Source of the DNA: Bugula neritina
Taxonomy: Eukaryota > Animalia > Bryozoa
Assembly: GCA_964035545.1 (NCBI GenBank)
Contig: OZ037769.1
Location: 372,001-436,000 of the forward strand
Length of the DNA: 64,000 nt
Direction: 5' to 3'
Made by a program: the position numbers and the translations under genes. The notes below the pieces were generated by a model that had not been told where the DNA came from, searched no databases, and was given only the letters and a program-made list of their open reading frames with translations. This document shows positions 39,301-50,779 of the stretch, piece by piece (position 1 is the stretch's first letter; each line of letters begins with the position of its first letter).

Positions 39301-42300
39301 GGGGTCGTGCAGTTGGCACTATCGAAGACAAAACGGTAAAAATGCCCTATATTGTATAGAAAACAAATTCATAATGTGAGCAACCGCATAATATATAACT
39401 TTATATATTTGTACTGAAACATTGAGTTGAAAATAATGCAAGAAAATTGCATAAGAAATTGGCTAAGTCTATTCACATGGAATTGTCATTATCACAGAAA
39501 CACTTGATTCTACCCTTCTCCATGGGTAAAGTAACACATATTTTTGCTTGAAAGTATTTGTTTCAATTCCAAAGATATAAATCAAGTCTTCCAGACATAT
39601 AAATGAAATCGTGTCGCACTATAAAATGTTAGCTGAAGAAACTGGGAAACTAATTCTAAGAGTGACGGAGGGGGGGGGGGAGGAGGGGGTCACAATCACC
39701 AACTCAACTCTATATTAGTGATGCATATCAGTATACCACAGCGTTTGTTCAACTGATAAACTAGTTTCATTAAATGCAGAGAGTTTCAACCGAAACTGTA
39801 CTAGTTTTAGTGAGTAGTCTACAGTATTAGTGAGTAGTCTACAGTACTAGTGAGTAGTCTACAGTATTAGTGAGTAGTCTACAGTATTTATCAACATCAA
39901 TAATAAAGTAATACAATTGGAAGATCAACAGTATTTACTAGTTGAAGTGAATAAGTTAATATATTTAAGACTGGAGACCTGAACCCATGCTCGAGGATGT
40001 AGATGACGTTGTCCCATATACGGGTGGTCCACAGTGCCATGTCGTACAGACCACCCAGGAAGAATGTGTCCAGATTCTGAGTCAGAAATGGACTTTTAAC
40101 AGCAGTCTGCTCATAAACCTACAAAACGGAACATGACCTATATATCGTGTGACCTATATATCACTATGACCTATATATCCTGTGACCTACATATCACTGT
40201 AACCTTCATATCCTGTGACCTATATATCACTGTAACATATATACTACAACTCATCATCATTACTGTATACTATAACTCATCACTAATAAAATATTGTTAA
40301 TCAAAAAATGTATGAATAAAATAACTTTAACAGAGAGATTAAGTGTATCAGTATTTATTACAACTGCTGCTTATATAGAGCAATGATTTCAATACGCCAG
40401 CCATCACTTTGCTTTAGGTCCCCCAATCACCTAGCTTTAGGTCCCCCAATCACCTAGCTTTAGGTCCCCCCCCCCCCCCCCCCCCCGTGTTTATTATTAA
40501 TACATTACTGATGTCTTAAAACTTTAGAGATATAAAACTTTCAAGTATAATTTTGATGTCACAAAATAACAGTTTCTAACAACAAACCTTGCCAAGAGCA
40601 ATCTTTTCTCCCAATCTAAAATAAAGAAGACAACTTCTCAGATATAAAGAAATAAACTCAGCAATGCTCAGAGAGATGTGGGTAAAGAGTATATATGACT
40701 AGAGAGGAAATATGTCACTCTGGGCCCAGGTTGATGAACTCTTTCACTGTATCACGTACTACATACTCTGTTTCTGTCTTATAATACATTATAAGCGCAT
40801 GTGGTATCTACACTGCTAGGAATATGAGGTACTTACAATGCTAGGAATATGAGGGACTTACACTGCTAGGAACATGAGGGACTTACACTGCTAGGAATAT
40901 GAGGGACTTACACTGCTAGGAATATGAGGGACTTACACTGCTAGGAATATAATGGACGTACACTCCACAATGACTTCAGTTGGCATAGTTTCAGAGTTAT
41001 TGTAGTAAAGTTGGTAGATGTTAGCTAAATGGGTGACTGGAATATACCTGGTAAACAAAACAGAAAGCAAGTAAAGACTTTACTACATAAACTATACATT
41101 GTTTATGACGGTGAAATACTAGACAGACGTGCAGTGAGCATAGATGGCCCATCTCAAAATATTTAGTACACACAGAAAATTTTTTTCAAAAAATAAAACT
41201 TGTAGTAGAAAGCTCAAACTTTGTGATACGGGTAATTATTAGGTGCTGAATTCAAATATGAGATTATTTTATTGCCATAGGTGCTTAAACTTGACCTTTA
41301 ACCTCTCAAAAGTCCGCAGTCCAAAAAAATGGTGAAATATGAATGTTTATATTTTAATAAGCAAAACATGGTTTTAGACTAATATAAGGGCTCTGAATTC
41401 AAAAATAATACTAGTTTTTATCTGTGATAGACATATTTATACCTTTGGCTCTATAAAGTGAACACCAAAAAAAATTTATTAAAAATATTGCAGCATAAAG
41501 AGACAAAAGTTTTATGATTGGTTTTAAACAGAATGACTTTATTTTGGAAAATAATTTTCTACAGACTAAACTTTTAAAATTGACAGCATATGCATACAGC
41601 AGGTGCCTTTCCAAACCACTTATGAGGTAGGCTAATAGCTTGTTAGTTTTTTGTATAAATTGACAGTTCACCAGTAGTCCTATTATATCGAGTACAAGAC
41701 ATTCACACAAACAAAATGCATGCACAAAACATAAAATATTGTCAACAAACCATGAAATACATATTCACTAACACACTTCCTTCTAACTTATCTACACTCA
41801 CATCTCCTCCTACAAAAAACAGTAAGACAAATTATAGAATGTTTGCTAATGTTGATGTACACATTTAAACTTTCATCATTATTTCACAAGTAGCAGTTGC
41901 AGAAACCATGTGAGCTTGAGCTGATGTTATTGCAGCCCTCTCAATATTTTGCTAGTTGTAGGAGTAGATTGTTTAGTCTACATTTCTATTGTACTGGCTT
42001 CATCGTAAGATTCATCTAAACTTAATTAAGCTGTATATTTCAAGTATGATTTTTATTTTAATCGCTCTTCTGAACTTTCAATTTGTCTATACTTGTTCAG
42101 ATGTTGACATACCCCTCAGTTGTTGCTTCCTTCTCTCTTGCTGCTCTTCAGACCACTGCTTTTTTCTGATGAAGCATGGCTCCTAGCAGTGGACTGTTGC
42201 CTGGTCTTGAAAGGCATGAAACTATTCTATACAATATAAAAACTAAAATATATGAGTTTTTTAGTTTGGTAAGCTATTGAGACTAATGCTTAGAAGATGA

Positions 42301-45300
42301 GGGTTAGCTATAATCTAAGTTATTGGCTATTAATAACTTAATGAATAAGATAATGAAACTAAATAGTTGCAAAACAAGAGCTAGCCTTCAGAATAAAGTT
42401 GTATTTAAATTGACTATTAGCACGTTACAAGCTATTACACTATTGACAAGTTGTTAGCAATGATTAATTTGCTTAAGTACCCGTAGCGTACATGTCCGTA
42501 GTATAACTTACTCATTCAACTTAAACCTAAGGAGCTAATCCAAATCACTATTATGTACTAAGTAGATATATTAACATATTATTATTAAAGCAACTTATTC
42601 TTAAATTTCTAATTAAATTAAATTTATCAAGTGCAAACTATAAAAAATGCCAATAAGCAGGGATCAAGCACTCAGAGTGAGAGTAGTAAGAGTAAGAGTA
42701 ATCACTTAATGCTTATGTTATTAAGAAAAGTAATACTAATAGTAATAGTATTAGTATTGGTAATATCATATTGAGTTCAATATCATTACACTTACAGTTT
42801 GAATTTACACATCGCAGTTTACAATATTCAGTATTGACTATTGAATTCAAAATGAATCATTAAATGGTGAATGGCTACAATTTCAATTTGAATTTTAAGT
42901 TGCTGATCGCGGCAATAAAAGTTTTAGTTGAATATAAATTATGGCAATTCAAAACTAAAGTCTAAATACGCAAGTGCAATTTAAACTTAATGCATTAAAA
43001 AGTTATTTACTTAGTTATTTAGTTCTTATTTCCCAATTATCATTAATTTTAAATTATTAATAATAGAAATGTTATGATAAACTTAAAGAGTTACTCGTTA
43101 TCGTTATGATTGGGATTATCATTGTAAGAATTGATAAAACAAAAGAATGAAGCCTTAGAGAAAAATTGACTGAAAGTTATATTGTTTGATAAATATAAAA
43201 AGTTATGAGAAGTTTGGAAAAATACAATGAATACTAACCTGACGAAATAAATGAAAACTAAACCGCTATGCCATCAGATCATTTTCTTGGCAACAAACCG
43301 GATGCGCTACTATACTCTAAATTCTAGAGGTTTCAAGATGACTTTATTTATGAAAACAGAATTAGATTACTGTGTAATTATTTTATACTTACGAACAAAC
43401 AAGATGAAAATATATTTATCGTTGTAAAAAATAAGTTTGAGCAAAATAATGAAATTTAACTAATTTATTTGAGAGTGTAAACAGAAAGCGTTAGCAATTT
43501 CGTTCTCACGTGCTCATACTCAATTTACGGACAATTGTTGCGGACAAAAAATTCGTGAGGTTGAAACACTAAAACAGGAATATCTAAACTTGTACCGCTA
43601 GGAATTAGACATTCAGCACACCAAGAGATTGACAAGCTTTTTTAGAACAGTTTAAGGAAAAAAATATAATCATAATATATGTTTATAAAAAAATTATGCT
43701 ATGTCAAAGTTGAAATGTGTTACCCACTGAATTTATTTTTCAGTGGGTAAAATTTAAAAACTTGTCATTTTTTCAATAAAAAATGCATAATATAGCTTAA
43801 ATATACTAATTTTATAATAAATTAAAATGTTTTTTATTCTGGGACACAGTGAGTTCACATATTTGAAGCATCAGAGAGCTAGACAACATCATTTTTGAAA
43901 ACCTGTCCTTATTTTGCACTGTACTAATTATTTTGAGATGAGCCAGATATGGGAGTAATCTCCCCTGACTAACAGTACATACATACCACTGCTGATAATG
44001 AAGGTAGGAGTAATCTCCCCTGACTAACAGTACATACGTACCACTGCTGATAATGAAGGTAGGAGTAATCCCCCCTGAACTCATTCACCACGTCACCTCC
44101 AAAGTCTGCAGCAGAGTGAGCCGTGTCATAGACACCGTGGAAGTCTACCTACAGTTAGGTGAATAAATCTAGGTCAGCAAATCTAGGTCAACAAAGGGCA
44201 GTGGGCATACTATATCTTTAGGAAGAGAAGTTATAGGGACGGAGAAAAAGAATGAAGGTAGGAAAAGCTGCTAGGGAAGACAGGAAATGAGAAAGACTGA
44301 AAAATGCGAAGTCCTTCTGACAAATGATGAGAGAGAGAAAGATAGGCTATAAGTCAAGGAGAAACACAAGCTGACTTCTTTATCTCAACTAAAAATATCT
44401 GCTGTAAAATACTCAAAGCTGAGATAATAAATAGAATACAAGTAAAGTGTTTCCCGTATGACCTTGAACTTCTAATGCGCTGAGTATCAATAAGCAGACT
44501 CACAGCGGCCATTGTTCTGATGAATCCTTGTCGTATGCCCAGACTGTGCCAGGAGACGTCTGCAACTTGGTGAGAGATAAAGCCGAGCACAAACACTACT
44601 AGTTTCTCTGTTTCCTGTAAGTAAAGAGTGTAAATGGAATCACTGCACAGAACGACTCTCTTCGTGATCAATGCTGAATAAACATAATTCTACCAAAAAC
44701 ATGCATGTACTTTTCTTATAGCAATTTTTCTCAGTGCAAAAATTATAAAACGAATAAAATTGAAAAGGTATATGCAATTATAAGTGGAAACTAATATCTG
44801 ATTTATAGTAAAAAGAAACATAATATGCATATTGACAAGTGAAGTGAATAGGAAAGAAAAGTGTGACGCACCTCCGTCCAGGGGGGTGGGAAGTTGTCAC
44901 GGATATATTGCAGCGTGACGTTAGTAAATGCCGTCCAATGACTGTCTTCGGATGTGACTCTGTATTTACCTTAGCAACAAACATACATGTCCTTAGCAAC
45001 AAACACACATATCCTTAGCAACAAACATACACAACAGAAAACCTTTCGACTTTAGATTCGTGCAACTGCTGCAACAAAAGTTAAGTGAAGGAAGCAACTC
45101 GACTCCTTTTCTACTAAATGTGAATCAAACTTCCACTTACTATTAAAACAGACGCTGCCGTAGTAAGTGTCGGGGTAAGTATTTCCAGCCTGGAAAGCAT
45201 CTTGGTGCTTTAGAATGAGCTGCAAGTAGTTCAGTGAAACATCACATTTCTAGTTGGCGGATTTCTTAGAACGAATTGACTGAGAGTGAATACAACTATT

Positions 45301-46764
45301 GCGTCATACGCTTCTATATTGGAACTCACCTTGCGATAGTCCATTGCATGGTTGCTGTGAAATATCGTAGCTGCCATATGTCCTAGAAATATGATGCAAA
45401 AATATTACCATATTATGAACTAATTATTATTATTTACCTACATTAATGCTTGAGCCATTCATGGCAATTCTTGTCATGCGATAGTAAAATTATTATGCTG
45501 CTTACGACAACACCATTTAAAGCTACAAATACACCATGTAATGGTACACCCATGCAACAATCTGACTTGTAATGAATCTCTCACCTCATTACTACTTAAG
45601 AGTTGAAAAAATTAACTGGAATTGTAGAAAAAGGGTTTAAACAACAAATTTAAACATTAGGTAAATATGAATCAGTATAATTCAATTCATATATTGAAGC
45701 TAAAATATATAACTAGTTAACTAGTAACTATTATAATTTTAATTATTATAATAAAGATAGATATAATTTATATTAAAAATAATCGCTTGCATCAGTTTTA
45801 AATAAATTTACATTTCAACTTTTGTGTATACTTCTGTCGCTATAAACATATCTGTATTAATATGAACAATTATCATTAGGATTATGATTAATAATACAAT
45901 TTCAATTATTATTTATCACACCTGAAATGCTTATCAAAATGAGAATGAATGGTGTAAACCAAGACTTCACTTCTAGTAACAAACTTTCAAAACTATTAGT
46001 ATTAGTATTAATTATTAATATTACTAATGAACTTGAAGTTGAACAACTCAATATAAATTTAATCTCTATCAGTAATAAAATTGAATTATAAATTTACAGA
46101 TATTACATTTTGATTTAGCATTTACTCTTACTGTATTGGTATTACATTTACTTTTAGTTATCCACTAGTACTACTAATACTAATAGTAATAGTAATACTA
46201 ACAGTAACACTATTCCACAGTACTACTATTAGTATTAGTACTACTAGTACTAATACTTAATAGCAGCCTAGCAGGATTACTAAATTAGTATAACTATAAG
46301 TTATACTGTATAAGTAATTATAACCATTGATTAAGTATTATTATTATTATTATTATTATAATTAATAATTATTCGTATTGAGTGTTGCCATTGGTATTAC
46401 TATTACATTTGTTTTGTTTTAAAATTTAATTTTTATTTTATACCTATTACTATTAGTATTACTATTAGTATTACTATTACTATTAGCATTACTATTAGTA
46501 TTAGTATTACTATTATACTTAGTATTAGTATTACTATTACATTAGTATTAGTATAACTATAAGTATAAGTATTACTATTAGTATATCACTATAACTATAA
46601 CTATAAGTATAAGTATACTGTTACTGTATAAGTATATATATATTAATATATATATATATCAGTATATGTTCCATACCTATTTCTACATGGGTAGATAATC
46701 CACACGTGCTAACCTGCAAAAATTTTGATATAGTGCAAGTTATGATTAGGAGAAAGAACCTCAT
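30369..46764 (-). CDS. GPLD1: Glycosylphosphatidylinositol-specific phospholipase D; 23 exons: 46764-46677, 45382-45330, 45219-45141, 44969-44872, 44614-44504, 44148-44042, 41047-40937, 40615-40588, 40118-39979, 39318-39105, 39003-38885, 38513-38398, 38249-38170, 37126-37019, 36923-36843, 36458-36222, 35942-35839, 35730-35537, 35410-35250, 34989-34902, 33916-33804, 32506-32399, 30452-30369
   Basis: Signal peptide followed by CGLSTHVEIGH, HQDAFQAG..YPD, SEDSHW, ETEKLVVFVLGFISHQVADVSWHSLG..QGFIRTM, DFHG..AHSAADFGGD, WYIPV, KSPFL..FFLGGLYDMA, FG-GAP repeats (DVNSDGIEDL, DANLDGYKDI, DINRDGFDDLVVGSP, DLDSNGKDELIVGAP) and C-terminal RSSHDARQSGAV. These are recognisably collinear with mammalian GPLD1 as I recall it. 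Phases are consistent throughout. Confidence 0.93.
32335..32408 (-). repeat. 20-bp x4 repeat spanning the GPLD1 exon 22 donor
   Basis: Minus strand tagtgttact|gtaagtatac at 32398 and 32378; copies 3 and 4 have lost the GT (ataag, ctagg). Confidence 0.9.
33925..34240. repeat. Degenerate AT-rich (agtac/agtat) repeat next to the GPLD1 exon 21 acceptor
   Basis: Repeated tagtacagtacagcgtgtaatataacata blocks. Confidence 0.75.
35950..36190. repeat. ~43-bp x5-6 repeat filling GPLD1 intron 16
   Basis: taatataaacatataaagtatgtagaggatagtgtatagttag units. Confidence 0.85.
37235..38163. repeat. 39-bp x~24 minisatellite abutting the GPLD1 exon 13 donor
   Basis: actataaatagaaaagtatactaaaatatactacgacat units. 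Confidence 0.96.
39808..39888. repeat. 20-bp x4 tandem repeat
   Basis: tagtgagtagtctacagtaY units. Confidence 0.9.
40808..40950 (-). repeat. 25-bp x~6 repeat spanning the GPLD1 exon 7 donor
   Basis: Minus strand atattcctagcagt|gtaagtccctc; GTAAGT at 40936, 40911, 40886, 40861 and 40836; decayed copy at 40811. Confidence 0.95.
41143..43947. mobile_element. Putative non-autonomous DNA transposon (TIRs, TA flanks; Tc1/mariner/pogo-like) in GPLD1 intron 6
   Basis: Left end tggcccatctcaaaatatttagtaca (41145-41170) vs reverse complement of 43920-43945, tggctcatctcaaaataattagtaca (2 mismatches in 26); TA at 41141-41142 and 43948-43949; no intact transposase ORF. Confidence 0.65.
43952..44078 (-). 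repeat. 55-bp x2.3 repeat duplicating the 3' end of GPLD1 exon 6 and its donor
   Basis: Minus strand gattactcctaccttcattatcagcagtg|gtaYgtatgtactgttagtcagggga; donors at 44041 and 43986. Confidence 0.93.
44970..45032 (-). repeat. 22-bp x3 repeat containing the GPLD1 exon 4 acceptor
   Basis: Minus strand tgtRtgtttgttgctAAG|g with AG ending at 45014, 44992 and 44970. Confidence 0.9.
46445..46630. repeat. (TATTAC/TATTAG)n low-complexity repeat
   Basis: Hexamer-based AT-rich run in GPLD1 intron 1. Confidence 0.8.
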
Positions 46765-49700
46765 TATTAGATTTTGGTATATTTTTGCGACAAAATAATA
46801 CTACAATTTCCAAAATATCGAGAAAATCAAAATACCAATATCAGTAAGAATATTTAAGAATGTGAATAAAAATAGTTCCTCTTTGTACACTGCAGAAAAA
46901 GGTTTTTCCATGACTTTCTTGCCGTAAACTTTGTGAGTCGTCGTAATAATCTAGGACTATTTTCTTACTAACAATTAATACAACAAATGTGTTGTAAAAG
47001 ACAACTCCTTAAAACCTTTTCATGCCAATAATATCTGAAATGAGTACAACTTTTAGCTAGCATATCACAAATCACAATGATTTAGGTGTTAAATTTTTAC
47101 TGCTATTATACTAGTATTTTAAACTTGAAAGTTAATTATAATCATAGTTAGCAAACTCTTATTTTTTAAATAAAATTGAAAAATGATATTAACATAATAT
47201 ACATTCTTAAATTGGACTCAGCTATAATTTGTAACTAGGTGACTAGTCTTTGTTGCTTTCAGTTTACGAAGCATATCATGTTTCATGCACAAGAGAAAGT
47301 CACATACATGCATGGCGTGTAATACATACATTATGAACACATCAGCTGATAGCGTGTACAGTATTTTACATGTCTTATTACTCTACATCACAATATTCTG
47401 CTGCTGCCATGCATGCAAGCTCTGTTGCTGCCTCAATATAAACCTATAGAAATAACAAATCAGACATTTCACCAAAATTATCAAGTGCGGGTAATGACTG
47501 TACCTTAAATAGTTCAGGTGATGACTGTACTCAAATGAACAACAACATCACCTCTCATATAAAATTATTTCATTTTTCCTAACAAACAATATTGTAATAA
47601 TAAATTCAAAAATAGAACCCAAAAGCTCAAATGTAGCGAGAGCCTGTCTCCTTCTAGCTATATTTAGTAAACTGAAATAAATTCTTTAGTGACACTTAAC
47701 CGCATGCCCTGTTTATACATTTCCCTGGGCAGCCCAGACCGATCCATTCTTTTCATACTGTATTAATTATGAATTCAAGTGACATTTAATAATTAATAAA
47801 CTGGGTAATTAAAGACAAATAGAATGTGACACATTGCAGCACAAATAGCAAAGAAAAACAATATAATATAACGCATAACTCTCTGATTGACCCCCCTCTC
47901 CCTCCCCCAGTGTCTTGGCATTTGACAACACATACGACGTGGTCTAAACTTTGAAAAATATGTCTCATATTAGCAGTTGGTCTGAACATGTATCCAACTT
48001 TGAAAAACATTCTAAATTATACAAATTCCTTAAACTAAAAAGTCTAGTAAACATGCTGCATTATATTCTGATAACAATGTCTATATATATAACCATACAT
48101 TTTGTATATGAGATATAATAGTAACATGTAACTCTATAATCAAGTGGTAATACTGCAAGAGAGAAGGATTTATACCTGGTCATCTGCGCCACTTCTATGG
48201 GCCATTTCTGTGTCACACATACAGAAGACACAAAGTTGCGTCAGGGGGAGATGAATTCAGTGCAGGAAGTCCGATATACTTCATCCTTGTGAGACTTATC
48301 TATGAGAAGCTTAGCAAACTATAATATATAGATTATTATATAACAATAATAGATAATTATATAACAATAATAGATAATAATATAACAATAATTATATAGA
48401 CTTATGATAGTATATATTACGCAGCTACACTGCCCAACCACTTATACAGAGAGGAATATAGCACTATATACTCTATATTATATAGCTAGTATATATTTAT
48501 ACAGTATACTGTTAGATACCTCTACTATGTACTTACATGTAGTTTTATACTTAGAATAAGGAGTTGTACTCTCTCTGCAATTAAAATATGTAGTTTTAGT
48601 TAGAATGGTGCTAAGGCTACAAGCTTTAGCAGATGTCCTGAATAACAACTTCTCCTGTCTTTCTATGACTCCCAATTGCAGAGGCTGTAGTTTATAAACA
48701 TTGTGGAGTTGTCCCCTCTAGTAATTCAACATAAAGCATAAATGAGTTGTTTAATTATTGTGTAATTATACAACAAATAATATGAGAAAGAGAGTAAGAA
48801 ACACACAATATTTCAAAGTTGTTTTTCAATCTATCTGAGTAATATTTCTCATCTTATTTACTACAGTATATTATTATGATGTAAGTAACTATAGTATTGC
48901 ATTCTATTTTATTTGCAATATTTATATTATTACTTTGCATTGCAAATTAAATTATTGTTATTTACATCAAAGTTCCCTACACTAATTTGTGTATATGCTA
49001 ACATTATTTATTGTATGCCATCCAAAATATCACAATACTAACAGTGAATGACATTATGGAGTCTTAGGAGTAATCTCAAAAAGAGGCTACATATGCATAA
49101 TCATTACGTGAGAAGTGATTTAAATATACAGTATAATACAATAATACACTTATGTGTGATAGTATTTCTCTATCCATGTTAGTGTGAGTATGTACTGCTA
49201 TAAGCATCTACACTGAATACTCTCACATACGGCTGGGTATAGCGTAGAGTATAGCGTAGAGTAGAGCCCTAGCAATGAGTTGATGTTATTGTCAAGTGTC
49301 AAGCTGATCACAGAAGAATAGAATGAATGAAATCATAGTAATGCACCGTGTTTACAAAACACTACGCTATTCTTTACTTATTACTACTCTTTATGATATA
49401 AATTAGTGGTTATTTTTACAATACACACTTGTTAGTTTACTGTTATGATACGCATTCATATATGTTATCATTACTTTGACTAATTCACACATTCCGTGAC
49501 AATAGCATTGTCTTAGCAAGGGTTATTTGGGTGAATTAATTAACAGATTTGGAAAAATTGCATGAAATCAACTTCAACGACAGGAAGGGTGGGGCAGTTA
49601 TATTCAGCACCCCACCCAACATATTGCTATCTGTTAAAAGGGTTATCAGGCTATGTATATACTCATTGTTTCTTGACATGTTGTTTTTAAATATTGAGAT

Positions 49701-50779
49701 TGTTATAACCAAACTCGTGTTATATAACAGAAAGTGTCACAGGTCTGACAATTACCTTCGGGATAATTAGGACCTGCTACAAAGGAAATGCACTGAGTGT
49801 GTATTCAGACCTGCCTACATACCCAGGTACACCTGTATCTACCCTGAATCAACTTTAATAAATATTGAAAGCTTGCATAATAATACAAAATTTATTTAAA
49901 AATAAACATACTGTAAAAAGTTACTTTGTTGATTTCTTTGTGCAAGCTTATTCAAATGTTTGGCTTTTTATCTTTTAATATTTGGCACTCCAGTCCTTTT
50001 AGAGCCATGCAAGTATTAAAAGATAAATTCTAACTCTATCGGTGAAGTAACCATAGAATCAACTGCATACAGATGAGAAAAACTGATAAAAATTTTGTCA
50101 ACATTGTTGAAAAGTACTCTATTCTTTTTGACATGCGTATAATATATTACAAACAATGCAGTTGATAGCATCAAGTTGAGTTTGAAACTTAACAGTAGAT
50201 TGAGTAGCAATTGAGTAGCAAGTGATACTTCGTATTGTCTACAAACTCATGTAGGCCTATGTATGTGTATTGTACTAAACAGAGCTGGTAGTATTCTCTG
50301 TTCAATACTGAGTTGGTAGCTCTGTTTAGTTAGCTTCAGTTACATAATCAGCTGTTTGTTGGGTAATTTATGGAGCAAAAATATGACTATTCAAATTTTT
50401 ATAAATATAAATTAAAAGAATTAGTCATCAGTTTTGCTATATTAATTATAATATGATTAAAAGAATAATTATTATAAAAATATAAAATGTATATATGTAT
50501 TCGAGCTAGAGATCTTGCAGCTGTATACATACAGCATGTTTCAAACTCTTTGAGCAATCAATTTAGTTATCTAAGCACATATGGCAGGACTGGAGGGTGT
50601 GAGTATGACAGGTCTGGAGGGTGTGGAATGTTGCTCTTTATATAAATTAGCTGATCTCACGAAACTTGTGTTAATACAGAGATAGCATTGCTTTGATAAA
50701 CAGAGCTCATTGTGGTCCTTTCAAATATCACAGAATTATATATTTCTACCAAGTATTGTTGTACTCTGTTGGCATTAAG

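Noticed and set aside
46714-46911. Intron ending at tttgcag (46714) with an upstream start at ~46911
   Set aside because: The ATG at 46764 reads directly through as a signal peptide into CGLSTH; the 46911 ORF stops at 46801
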